Shown one piece after another: positions 1 to 8,862 of a stretch of 32,252 nucleotides of DNA. The position numbers and the translations under genes were made by a program. A model generated the notes under the pieces. The model did not search any database and was not told where the DNA came from. It worked only from the letters and a program-made list of their open reading frames with translations. Numbering within the stretch: position 1 is the stretch's first letter; each line of letters opens with the position of its first letter. The DNA is from a virus (lineage: Duplodnaviria > Caudoviricetes), in the IMG/VR virus record IMGVR_UViG_3300032216_000046, positions 1-32,252 of that record; one strand, given 5' to 3'.

Positions 1-546
1 ACTGCCATTGCAGAACAGCCTACTGGCGTAATTGATACTACAGACGAAAACGACACAGCAGACCTACAAGCTGACGCTTCTATTGAAGGCTACATTGATA
101 CCGTTGATGAAGATGATACTTGCCAAATAACTGCTGAAATTGTAAATGGCATGGACACCCATGACGGATTTACTAAGAAAGAAATAGACAGAATTAGAAA
201 AATTCAGCAAAAAATTGCTGAACGCCAACGCAAATTAGAACAAGCCATCAAAGATGCAAACGCATCACGCAAAAAAGCGTTCAAAGATCAGATTGATCCT
301 ACGCCTGTTGCAAAAGTTAAGAAAACTAAAGTACAATCAAAACAAGAGGTTAAAGCTGATATACCGTTAGCTGAAACACAAGAATTAGAACGGTCTATTC
401 GCTACCTTGAAGCCCAAAAGAACAACATTCTTCAGGCGTTAGCTTATAGACAAGAGTTGGCTCGTATTCAGACCCAGCTTGCCATCCTAGAAGCCAAACG
501 CCTTGCAGAATTGGAAGATGAAGAAGCAATACTGCTACTTTTATAA
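1..546 (+). CDS. Partial (5' truncated) virion-associated protein; acidic repeats followed by coiled coil
   Basis: Frame of ORF 151..546 is open back to base 1 (TAIAEQPTGVIDTTDENDTADLQADASIEGYIDTVDEDDTC...); ends DEEAILLLL; sits in the head gene cluster. Confidence 0.7.
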   Translation, partial: TAIAEQPTGVIDTTDENDTADLQADASIEGYIDTVDEDDTCQITAEIVNGMDTHDGFTKKEIDRIRKIQQKIAERQRKLEQAIKDANASRKKAFKDQIDPTPVAKVKKTKVQSKQEVKADIPLAETQELERSIRYLEAQKNNILQALAYRQELARIQTQLAILEAKRLAELEDEEAILLLL

Positions 547-555
547 GGAGAAGGC

Positions 556-933
556 GTGATTTGTCCTAAATGCGGTTGGAGCGAAGGCAACCATATTGAA
601 GTTAAACAGACTGACGAAGAATTTTTCCTAGAATGGTGGACACCTACTATTGGTGAAGAAGCCGCTAAAGCTTCTTGGCAAGACAAAGTGGCTATGAAAT
701 CTAGGCAAGGCCCAACGGTAATTCCTGATATTGAAGGCCATATATCAATGGCTGACGGCACATGGGTATCTTCCCGATCAAAACATCGTGAAAACCTAAA
801 GCGTAATAATTGCGTTGAAATAGGCAATGATGTGCCTACACAGCAAAAAACTATTGAATTTAGCCGTAAAGACCAAGAAGCCCGTAAACGGCAAATTGCT
901 GAAATTGCTTACGCAAAACTTAACTACAGATAA
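556..933 (+). CDS. Conserved phage hypothetical protein upstream of the scaffold gene
   Basis: AAGGAG RBS before GTG; N-terminal CxxC; DGTWVSSRSKHRE segment. Confidence 0.75.
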   Translation: MICPKCGWSEGNHIEVKQTDEEFFLEWWTPTIGEEAAKASWQDKVAMKSRQGPTVIPDIEGHISMADGTWVSSRSKHRENLKRNNCVEIGNDVPTQQKTIEFSRKDQEARKRQIAEIAYAKLNYR

Positions 934-941
934 GGAACACT

Positions 942-2027
942 ATGTCAGATGACCGCAGAGAGATGTTGGAAGCCGCTTTAGACCAAGCCGAAGAAGGTAC
1001 TTTAGAAGCCCCTATTGAAAAGGAAATTGAAGTAAATGACGATCCAATCCAAGCTGAAGAAGCCATCTCTGAAGAAAGCAATGACCGTGACGAAAAAGGT
1101 CGCTTCAAAAGTAAATCCGAAGAAGCCAGTAGCCAAGACGATTCCGTTGAAGAACCTGAATTGGTGGCAGAAGCTAGTGATGAGCCTGTCGATGAAATAA
1201 AACGCCCTACTACTTGGAAAAAAGAATACAGGGATGTTTGGGACAAGATGCAGGAAGGCAAACCGCTGGATAGGGCGGAATTTGCCAAATTTGCTGAATA
1301 CGCAAATCAGCGTGAAGCTGAGTACAAGCGTGGTGTTTCTGCATACAAGGCTGAAGCTGATAATGCTCGTCAATTAACCGATGCTATTGGTCAATTTGTT
1401 CCCGAATTACAAAAACATGGTATTCATCCTGTTGCTTGGATTAACAATTTAGGTAGGGCGCATTACACATTAGCTAATGGAACATACGAGCAAAAACTTA
1501 ATGCTTTCAATAGACTGGCGCAAGATTATGGAATACAATTAAACCAAGATGCACTTCAGATGCCTGAACAGGCGTATGTAGACCCTTATCAACAACAGTT
1601 AATGCAACAACTTCAAGCTACCCAGCAACAAGTTCAGCAACTGTCAGCGATTCGGGAGCAGGAAGAAAATGCTCGATTGACTAATGAAATCAATCGGGTA
1701 AGTAGTAACAAAGAGCGGTTTCCGCACTTTGAGATGGTAAGGGAAGATATGGCTCAATTACTTGAGCGAGGTTTAGCCCAAGACCTAGAATCGGCTTATG
1801 CCAAAGCGGTGCGTATGAATGACGAAGCGTACAAACTGGAACAGGAAAAACTCCTGAAATCAGCAAATACCCAAGCGTCTAAGGCACAGCAAGTAGCTAA
1901 AGCTAAAGCAACTGCTGTTAGTCCACGATCCGTTACACCTAGCGGTCAAGTGTCTAAAACAGATGCAAAGGATAGACGATCCTTACTGATGGCTAATTTG
2001 GCCGATGTAGAGGGTGGTCGGGTTTAA
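942..2027 (+). CDS. Capsid scaffolding protein
   Basis: Acidic N-terminus with RDEKGRF motif, Q-rich coiled coils, directly upstream of the major capsid gene; TAAGGA RBS. Confidence 0.8.
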   Translation: MSDDRREMLEAALDQAEEGTLEAPIEKEIEVNDDPIQAEEAISEESNDRDEKGRFKSKSEEASSQDDSVEEPELVAEASDEPVDEIKRPTTWKKEYRDVWDKMQEGKPLDRAEFAKFAEYANQREAEYKRGVSAYKAEADNARQLTDAIGQFVPELQKHGIHPVAWINNLGRAHYTLANGTYEQKLNAFNRLAQDYGIQLNQDALQMPEQAYVDPYQQQLMQQLQATQQQVQQLSAIREQEENARLTNEINRVSSNKERFPHFEMVREDMAQLLERGLAQDLESAYAKAVRMNDEAYKLEQEKLLKSANTQASKAQQVAKAKATAVSPRSVTPSGQVSKTDAKDRRSLLMANLADVEGGRV

Positions 2028-2050
2028 CTTAATTTAATAAAGGAAATATC

Positions 2051-3279
2051 ATGGCTTTTGCTAACTCAGCAATCACCGATATTATCGCTACCACCATTCA
2101 AAGTCGTAGCGGAGTATTGGCAGATAACTTAACACAAAACAATGCAATTTTGCAAAGATTGAACTCGAAGGGTAACGTAAGACCTTTTAGTGGCGGTAAC
2201 GTCATCCTTAACTAACAATGGGGTCACTCTACAGTCGAATGTAGATGTGAGAACCCTCTCTGATTGACTTGGAACTCCCGAAGGGGACAACAGGGCGGAA
2301 GGCGAAAGCCACCGTGAACGACTAAGTGAGAGGGCATCGGGAAACGATGGAGCGATAGTCTGACCTTTGGCATAACTTGTAGCACAAAGAAGCCAAAGAG
2401 TGTAGCGGAACAGAAACGACTACACCAAGCTGGATCAGCTTGTAACAACCGAGCGAGGAAATTATGTACAACGATCCAAATACCAATAACGCTAATTCTT
2501 ATAGCGGTTACGAAGTATTGAACATCACTCCTGATAGCCCAATTTCTGCGGCTCAATTCTCTATTACTCAGTACGCTGATAGCGTAACAATGAGTGGTCT
2601 AGAAATGTTGCAAAACTCAAGCAAAGAAGCAATCATCGACCTGTTAGACGGTCGTATGCAAGTTTCTGAGGCTCGCTTGCTTAACCGTATTTCTACCGAC
2701 CTTTATGGTGACGGTACAGGTAACGGCGGTAAGAACATTACTGGTTTGGCTGCTGCTATCAGCACTTCACCTTCAAGCGGCACGTATGGGGGCATAAATA
2801 GAGCTAATTGGGATTTTTGGCGCAACCAAGCAACAACTGGTGCTGATTCTTCTGCAACAATCCAAGCTGCAATGACAACAGCCGCTATCAAATCCGTTCG
2901 TGGAACTGATAAGACTGACCTCATTATTGCTGGTAACACCCTGTATCAACGCTATGTAGCTTCTTTGCAAGCTATTCAGCGTATTGCTGGTGTTGAAGAA
3001 GGTGCGGCAGGTTTTGCATCCCTAAAGTTCTACGGTGGCGGTATGTCTGCTGATGTGGTATTGGGTGGTGGTATTGGTACACAAGAGAACGCATTGTATA
3101 TGTACCTCTTGAACACTAATTACATCTTCTTCCGCCCACACAAAGAGCGTAATTTCGTTCCTATTGGTGGCGAGCGTCAATCAATCAACCAAGACGCAAT
3201 CGTGAAGTTATACGGTTGGGCTGGTAACTTGACAACTTCTAACAGCCAATTACAAGGTGTTTTGACAGGTACTGCATAA
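2051..3279 (+). CDS. Major capsid protein, spliced: join(2051..2208,2454..3279), 327 aa
   Basis: AAGGA RBS then MAFANSAITDIIATTIQSRSG...FSGGNVIL; removing 2209-2453 restores CT|C GAG GAA ATT ATG = ...VIL-EEIMYNDP..., continuing into ORF 2464..3279; position after scaffold, followed by a small gene and a terminator. Confidence 0.88.
2209..2453 (+). ncRNA. Group I self-splicing intron without internal ORF (245 nt)
   Basis: Exon ends in U2208 pairing with G2220 in P1; terminal G2453; P3 CCCTCTC/GAGAGGG; P7 GACTA/TAGTC; P5 TCCC-GAAG-GGGA; P6a GGC-GAAA-GCC; P8 CATCG/CGATG; three P9-region hairpins; exact frame restoration. Confidence 0.9.
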
Positions 3280-3320
3280 GTATCTATTAACTCAACTTAA
3301 CATATAGAAAAGGAATTATC

Positions 3321-3629
3321 ATGGCTTATTCAGTAACCCCCCTATCAGGGATTGATTTAAATAGTATTGTTCCAAGCACCTCACAAGTGATTGGTTCAAC
3401 AACTGTAGTTGTGCCTTCATTTGGCCCATTGGGTACTCAAGTGTTTGGCTCTGACGGCAAATTGTATGTATTAGGTCAAGCTAATGCGACTATTACTGCT
3501 TCTACAGCTACTTGTACAGTTAATACAACAACATTCTTGGTAACCGCAACTGGTGGATCTTACACTTCTCCAGCCGTAGGTTTAGTTGCTGGCGATGTAG
3601 CTTGGTTTGGCGAAGCTAGCGTTGGTTAA
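3321..3629 (+). CDS. Probable capsid decoration / minor head protein
   Basis: Small T/S/G/V-rich protein between the capsid gene and the terminator; AAGGA RBS. Confidence 0.6.
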   Translation: MAYSVTPLSGIDLNSIVPSTSQVIGSTTVVVPSFGPLGTQVFGSDGKLYVLGQANATITASTATCTVNTTTFLVTATGGSYTSPAVGLVAGDVAWFGEASVG

Positions 3630-3647
3630 TAAAATGTAGTAAAAACG

Positions 3648-3679
3648 AGGGGTTGGCTCAAAAGGCTAACCCCTTTTTT
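3648..3679 (+). terminator. Rho-independent terminator after the capsid genes
   Basis: AGGGGTTGGC...GCTAACCCCT stem followed by a T run. Confidence 0.85.
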
Positions 3680-3716
3680 CTTTTAACTTTTACCTAACTA
3701 CTTAGGAGATTTAAAA

Positions 3717-4364
3717 ATGGCATTACCTTCAGACGAGCAAGGCGCAGACGCACGATTACAAGTACGCTTTTACAAGAAATCCGTACATCAAGAACAAGAA
3801 TCTTTAGAAGCTGGCAGACCAATTTACAAAGATTTTGATTTTGTACACATTTGTGTAGCTGGTGATACTCTTACCGAAATTGATACTTATGCCCAACAAA
3901 GTCATAAACAACGCTTTCCTATTCAATGGGCTAATTACATGAATAGACAGGGCGCAAATGATGAAGAAGTGGTTGGAACACCTGTATCAGAATGGCCTTT
4001 AGTATCAAAAAGCCAAGCTGAAGAACTGCGGGCAATGAAGTTTTATACCGTAGAATCTATTGCAAATGCTTCAGATTTACAGTTACAGCGTATGGGCATG
4101 GCGGCAGGAATGTCACCCTATGCGTTCCGTGACAAGGCAAAGGCATTTTTAAATCTAGCCACCAATGCAGCAGAAACTGACAAGCGTGAAACAGAAATTA
4201 ACGCTTTAAAAGAAGAACTTGCCAAAAAAGAGTTAGAAACTGCTAAAATAAAGGCAGAAACAGATGCGAAGCTGGCTCAAATGCAAGATCAAATGGCCGC
4301 TATACTTGCCGCTGTTGGTGAAAAAAAACCCCGTAAGAAAGCGGTAGCCACAGAGGAAGCTTAA
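3717..4364 (+). CDS. Phage hypothetical protein of the head-completion region, C-terminal coiled coil
   Basis: AGGAG RBS, 215 aa, between capsid and adaptor genes. Confidence 0.7.
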   Translation: MALPSDEQGADARLQVRFYKKSVHQEQESLEAGRPIYKDFDFVHICVAGDTLTEIDTYAQQSHKQRFPIQWANYMNRQGANDEEVVGTPVSEWPLVSKSQAEELRAMKFYTVESIANASDLQLQRMGMAAGMSPYAFRDKAKAFLNLATNAAETDKRETEINALKEELAKKELETAKIKAETDAKLAQMQDQMAAILAAVGEKKPRKKAVATEEA

Positions 4365-4365
4365 T

Positions 4366-5271
4366 ATGTCATCAACAATGCTCCAATTGGTTCAGCAGGT
4401 AACTTCTGAACTTAATTTAGCCGTACCTACTTATGTAGCAGGAAACACTAGCCAAGATGTGCAACAAATTCTTGCGTTAATGAACCGTGCTGGGTACGAT
4501 TTGATTAAAGAACACGATTGGCAAGCATTGGAGTTGGAATATCGTTTTTACACCAACGCAATAACCACGACCTGCGATACAACGAATGGTACTTATCTAT
4601 TAAATAACATTCCTAGTACCGCAGGGCTAGACAAAAATTATTCTATTGTTGGCACAAATGTCCCTCAAGACACTTATGTTAATGAAGTTTTATCTGCTAA
4701 TAGCCTAACAACTACTCAACTATCTTCAGCAACATCTATTGGCGGTTCGGTTACATTTAGCCGTACTATTTATCCGTTGCCAGCTGACTACGAAACTATT
4801 ACGGATAATACCCATTGGGACAAGACAAAGCATTGGCAGATGCTTGGCCCAGTAGATGCACAACAATGGCAATGGCTTAAATCAGGCTATATTTCAACAG
4901 GCCCACGGGTTCGTTGGCGTATTCTTGGCAACAAATTTGAAATTTGGCCGCCTTACAATACACAAGAATATTTAGGTTTTGAATACCGTTCTAAAGGTTG
5001 GGTAAGAAGCGCATCAGATCAAGTTAAAAACAGCTTTACTGCGGATTCTGACACTTCTGTATTAGACGATGCCATCATCGTATTGCTTACTAAACTTAAG
5101 TATTTCCAAATTAAATCATTTGATACTACTGCGCTGCAACAAGATTACAACCGTTATTTAAGCATTGCTAAGGCTAACGACAAGGGATCAGCTACATTAT
5201 CATTTGCTCCTAGCCCTAGTGCTGTGCTTATTGGTTGGGCAAACATTCCTGATACTGGTTACGGGTCTTAA
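4366..5271 (+). CDS. Head-tail adaptor / tail tubular protein A-like
   Basis: Helical N-terminus (TMLQLVQQVTSELNL), HDWQAL, YPLPADY, EIWP motifs; position before the nozzle gene. Confidence 0.65.
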   Translation: MSSTMLQLVQQVTSELNLAVPTYVAGNTSQDVQQILALMNRAGYDLIKEHDWQALELEYRFYTNAITTTCDTTNGTYLLNNIPSTAGLDKNYSIVGTNVPQDTYVNEVLSANSLTTTQLSSATSIGGSVTFSRTIYPLPADYETITDNTHWDKTKHWQMLGPVDAQQWQWLKSGYISTGPRVRWRILGNKFEIWPPYNTQEYLGFEYRSKGWVRSASDQVKNSFTADSDTSVLDDAIIVLLTKLKYFQIKSFDTTALQQDYNRYLSIAKANDKGSATLSFAPSPSAVLIGWANIPDTGYGS

Positions 5272-5273
5272 TT

Positions 5274-7040
5274 ATGGCGGTGGCTAAAAGGTTTACCGCT
5301 AAGACTACTTCTTTAGCATCCCCCATCGGGGGTTGGAATGCTAGGGATTCTTTGGCTGAAATGAACCCATTAGATGCGGTGCAATTAGTCAATTTCTTTC
5401 CTACCCCTACTGATGTAACCCTTAGAAAAGGCTATACAAAGTTTTCCACAGGCATTTCAGGCAATGTAGAAACATTAATGAATTATGCCAATAAAGATGG
5501 CACAAACACGCTTTTTGCTATTGCTGGCGGCACAATTTATAACGCATCGACCTCTACCGCTACTTCTGTATTGACAGGACTGGGAAACAGTAAGTTTCAG
5601 CATTGCATGATTACCACCAATGGTGGACAGTTTTTAATTGCGGTAAACGGTGTAGACCCAGCCATTATTTATGACGGTACACGCTGGTATAAGATGGCTA
5701 CCACTACTACGGCTGCCACAATTAGCACTATTACCCATGTAGGAGCAGTTGCTACATTAACTACGGCTACGGCTCATGGTTTGGCTACAGGCAATCAAGT
5801 TACTATTTCAGGTGCTAGTTCTAGCGAATATAACGGAACTTATTACATTACCGTTACTGGGCCAACTACCTTTACTTACACAATGGCTTCAACGCCAGCT
5901 TTAAATGCTACGGTAGTAGGAACATATACAGTTTTAGGCATTTCAGGAGTTGATAGCAGCACATTTGCCAACATCAATATGTGCCAAAACAGGCTGTTCT
6001 TTGTACAAAAAAACAGCATGAAATTTTGGTATTTACCTGTGCAATCTATTGCTGGTGCGGCATTAGACTTTAATTTGGGTGCTATTGCTCGTTCGGGTGG
6101 CTATCTGCAAGCGATGGGTACTTGGACTTTAGATGCTGGCTATGGCGTAGATGACTTATCCGCCTTTGTTACTAGCATGGGCGAAGTCATTGTTTATAAA
6201 GGAACAAATCCTAGCGATCCTAATGCTTGGAGTGAAGTTGGCGTATGGCAAATGGGTCAAACCTTCAGCCGTAGATGCTTCTTCAAATGGTCGGGTGATC
6301 TGCTTTTGCTAACCCAAGACGGTCTTGTGCCAATGTCTTCTGCATTGCAATCTTCCCGATTAGACCCTAGAATTAACCTCACAGACAAGATTTTCTATGC
6401 TGTAAGTCAAGCGGCAACCAATTATTATTCAAATTTTGGCTGGCAAATTAACTATTTTGCTAGTGAAAATATGCTGATTTTGAATATTCCTGTTGGAAAT
6501 GGCGTATACGAACAGTATGTAATGCACACCATTACAAAAGCTTGGGCTAAATTTACCAACATAAACGCTATTTGCTGGGAAGTATCAGGGTCTAATAAGA
6601 TATTTTTTGGCGCAAATGGCTTTGTTGGTGAGTTTTATTCAACACCTTCTGATAACGGTAGCAACATTGTTGCAACTGCACAGCAAGCCTACAGCTATTT
6701 TGATTCTCGTGGGCAGCTTAAGCGATTTACCTTAGTACGCCCTATCCTACAGACAGATAACGGCTTACCGACTGTTTTATGCGGTATTAGCACCGATTTT
6801 GATACTCAGCCTTTGACCAATCAGATAGCCTTTAACCCTAACCTTATTCCTATTGGCGTTTGGGATAGTTCTTTGTGGGATCAGGCAATTTGGGGTGGTG
6901 GCTTAACTGTTACTAAATTTTGGCAAGGGGTCAATGGAATTGGATATTCAGGTTCAGTAAATATGAATGTGGCATCACAAGGCATTGAGTTTCATTGGGC
7001 ATCTACCGATTATGTAATGGAAAGTGGTGGGGTTTTGTAG
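5274..7040 (+). CDS. Tail nozzle / packaged-DNA stabilization protein (P22 gp10 / T7 gp12-like)
   Basis: 588 aa beta-rich; N-terminal PIGGWNARD...NFFP...LRKGY; inserted T-rich domain (TAHGLATGNQVTISGA). Confidence 0.7.
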   Translation: MAVAKRFTAKTTSLASPIGGWNARDSLAEMNPLDAVQLVNFFPTPTDVTLRKGYTKFSTGISGNVETLMNYANKDGTNTLFAIAGGTIYNASTSTATSVLTGLGNSKFQHCMITTNGGQFLIAVNGVDPAIIYDGTRWYKMATTTTAATISTITHVGAVATLTTATAHGLATGNQVTISGASSSEYNGTYYITVTGPTTFTYTMASTPALNATVVGTYTVLGISGVDSSTFANINMCQNRLFFVQKNSMKFWYLPVQSIAGAALDFNLGAIARSGGYLQAMGTWTLDAGYGVDDLSAFVTSMGEVIVYKGTNPSDPNAWSEVGVWQMGQTFSRRCFFKWSGDLLLLTQDGLVPMSSALQSSRLDPRINLTDKIFYAVSQAATNYYSNFGWQINYFASENMLILNIPVGNGVYEQYVMHTITKAWAKFTNINAICWEVSGSNKIFFGANGFVGEFYSTPSDNGSNIVATAQQAYSYFDSRGQLKRFTLVRPILQTDNGLPTVLCGISTDFDTQPLTNQIAFNPNLIPIGVWDSSLWDQAIWGGGLTVTKFWQGVNGIGYSGSVNMNVASQGIEFHWASTDYVMESGGVL

Positions 7041-7480
7041 TGCTATCTTTTGACAAAGAATTGATTGGTCAATGGGTAGCAAAAAGGGTCAATGGTGTAT
7101 TTACACCTGAAAACTCAAGTTGTATTGGTTTGTTGAATAAAGATGGAAATATTGTGGCTGGAGTTTGGTACGAATCTTATACAAAAACTTCAATAATGAC
7201 CCATATTGCCATAGAAGGAAAAATGTCAAAAGAGTTCTTATCTATCATTTTTGACTATCCTTTTGTACAATTGGGGGTAAATAAACTTATTGGGCCTACA
7301 AATTCCAATAATGATGCTGCATTAAGATTTAACGATAAATTAGGTTTTGTAGAAGAAGCAAGAATAAAAGATGCGTTTCCTGACGGAGATATGATTTTAT
7401 TAACGATGACAAAAGATAAGTGTAGATTTTTAGGAGAGAAGTATGGGAAAAAGCGCACCATCAGCACCGCCACCACCTGA
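7040..7480 (+). CDS. GNAT-family acetyltransferase-like virion morphogenesis protein
   Basis: NDAALRFNDKLGFVEE GNAT motif; in-frame GTG overlapping the upstream stop; usual position between nozzle and ejection genes. Confidence 0.75.
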   Translation: MLSFDKELIGQWVAKRVNGVFTPENSSCIGLLNKDGNIVAGVWYESYTKTSIMTHIAIEGKMSKEFLSIIFDYPFVQLGVNKLIGPTNSNNDAALRFNDKLGFVEEARIKDAFPDGDMILLTMTKDKCRFLGEKYGKKRTISTATT

Positions 7481-8570
7481 TTACGCAGGTGCGGCTGCAC
7501 AAACAGCAGCAGGAAATTTGGAAGCCGCTAGGTCTGCTTCTGCGGCTAACCGTTTAAATCAATACACGCCTTATGGCTCGTTAGAGTACACACAAACTCC
7601 AACTAAAACTTTAGATCCTAAAGCGTATCAAGCCGCATTAAGCGATTGGAGAGCAAATGGTCAGCAAGGTGCTGAACCTGATCCTAACCAATACATGGCT
7701 TTTAACCCTGATGCTGGTTGGGCTGCTACACAAAAACTTTCTCCTGAGCAACAACAGCTTTTAGATTATCAAAATAAAGCCAGCATAGGTCTTGGTGAAT
7801 TAACTGGTAAAGGTTTGGGTTATGTTAGCAATATGCTAGAAAACCCTTTTGATACTAGCAAATTGCCGACAACTGGGTTTAATCCTAGCCAAAGCTATCA
7901 AGATGCTTATATGCAACGCCTTAAGCCACAAATTGAACAAGGTCGTGAAGCATTAAGCGTTCAATTAGCTAATCAAGGTATACCAATCGGTTCTGAAGCT
8001 TACAACCGTGCAATGTTAAGTCAAGGTCAAAAAGAAAATGACTTATTAGCTGCCGCAACTACACAAGGATTTGGCGTAGGTCAGCAAGCCCGTCAGCAAG
8101 GACTGCAAGAACAAGCGTATTTGCGTAACGAACCGCTTAATACATTAAACGCTGTAAGAACTGGAGCGCAAGTACAAGGCCCTAGTTTTGTAAACTCTGC
8201 CCAGCAAGCTACTACCGCTGGCCCTGATATGTTAGGTGCTGCACAAATGGGCTATAACGCCAATTTAGCCGCATCTAACGCAAAAAATGCCGCTAGCAAT
8301 TCATTGACACAAGGTTTATTTAGTCTTGGCGGTGCTGGAATTATGGCTATGTCTGACATTCGCACTAAACAGAATATTGAGCCTGTTGGCGTTGCTGATA
8401 ACGGTTTAACTGTGTATAAATACGAATATAAACCTGAGTTTAAAGACCACGAATTAGCTGGTCATGGAGTGCATTACGGTTATATGGCTCAAGAAGTAGA
8501 ACAAGTATTCCCTTATGCAGTTAAAACCTTAAATGACGGCTATAAAGTCGTAGATTACGGACAATTATGA
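7443..8570 (+). CDS. Ejection / DNA-transfer protein with C-terminal peptidase S74-like chaperone domain
   Basis: MGKSAPSAPPPPDY start, Q/A-rich body, SDIRTKQNI...GYMAQEVE...VDY C-terminus. Confidence 0.75.
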   Translation: MGKSAPSAPPPPDYAGAAAQTAAGNLEAARSASAANRLNQYTPYGSLEYTQTPTKTLDPKAYQAALSDWRANGQQGAEPDPNQYMAFNPDAGWAATQKLSPEQQQLLDYQNKASIGLGELTGKGLGYVSNMLENPFDTSKLPTTGFNPSQSYQDAYMQRLKPQIEQGREALSVQLANQGIPIGSEAYNRAMLSQGQKENDLLAAATTQGFGVGQQARQQGLQEQAYLRNEPLNTLNAVRTGAQVQGPSFVNSAQQATTAGPDMLGAAQMGYNANLAASNAKNAASNSLTQGLFSLGGAGIMAMSDIRTKQNIEPVGVADNGLTVYKYEYKPEFKDHELAGHGVHYGYMAQEVEQVFPYAVKTLNDGYKVVDYGQL

Positions 8571-8860
8571 ATCCATACATCCTACAGCCACAACAAATGC
8601 AAGATGTCGGTGGTTTAAGCCCTGTATTTCAAAACTTTGGTCAGCAACAAGCTAATCAACAAGCGGCTCTTGCACAACAAAACCAATTGGCAAACCAAGC
8701 TGGTCAAACTCAAGGTGGTTCAGGTTTAAATACTTTGGCTATGGCGGCAATGTTGCGTAAAAAAGACCCAACAAAACCTGCTCCTGTATACGATTACAGC
8801 ACTCCTATGGCTGATACACCGCAGTATAAAGACCCAGCTTATGAACAAGCAGGATATTAA
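8567..8860 (+). CDS. Small Q-rich internal virion protein
   Basis: ATGA overlap with upstream gene; ejection-protein cluster. Confidence 0.6.
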   Translation: MNPYILQPQQMQDVGGLSPVFQNFGQQQANQQAALAQQNQLANQAGQTQGGSGLNTLAMAAMLRKKDPTKPAPVYDYSTPMADTPQYKDPAYEQAGY

Positions 8861-8862
8861 TT

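Noticed and set aside
468-1373. Minus-strand ORFs over head genes, and similar antisense ORFs elsewhere in the track
   Set aside because: Shadows of well-supported plus-strand genes, with no motifs or RBS
2209-2453. Insertion as pseudogenisation, assembly error, riboswitch or tRNA
   Set aside because: It has intact group I core pairings and U/G splice boundaries that restore the frame exactly; no cloverleaf; the gene is essential and otherwise intact
2224-2556. Minus-strand 110-aa ORF as an intron-encoded homing endonuclease
   Set aside because: Antisense to the ribozyme core, with no LAGLIDADG, GIY-YIG, HNH or PD-(D/E)xK motif
2464-3279. ORF-track 271-aa protein as the complete major capsid protein
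   Set aside because: It is the 3' exon; the strong RBS and real start are at 2051
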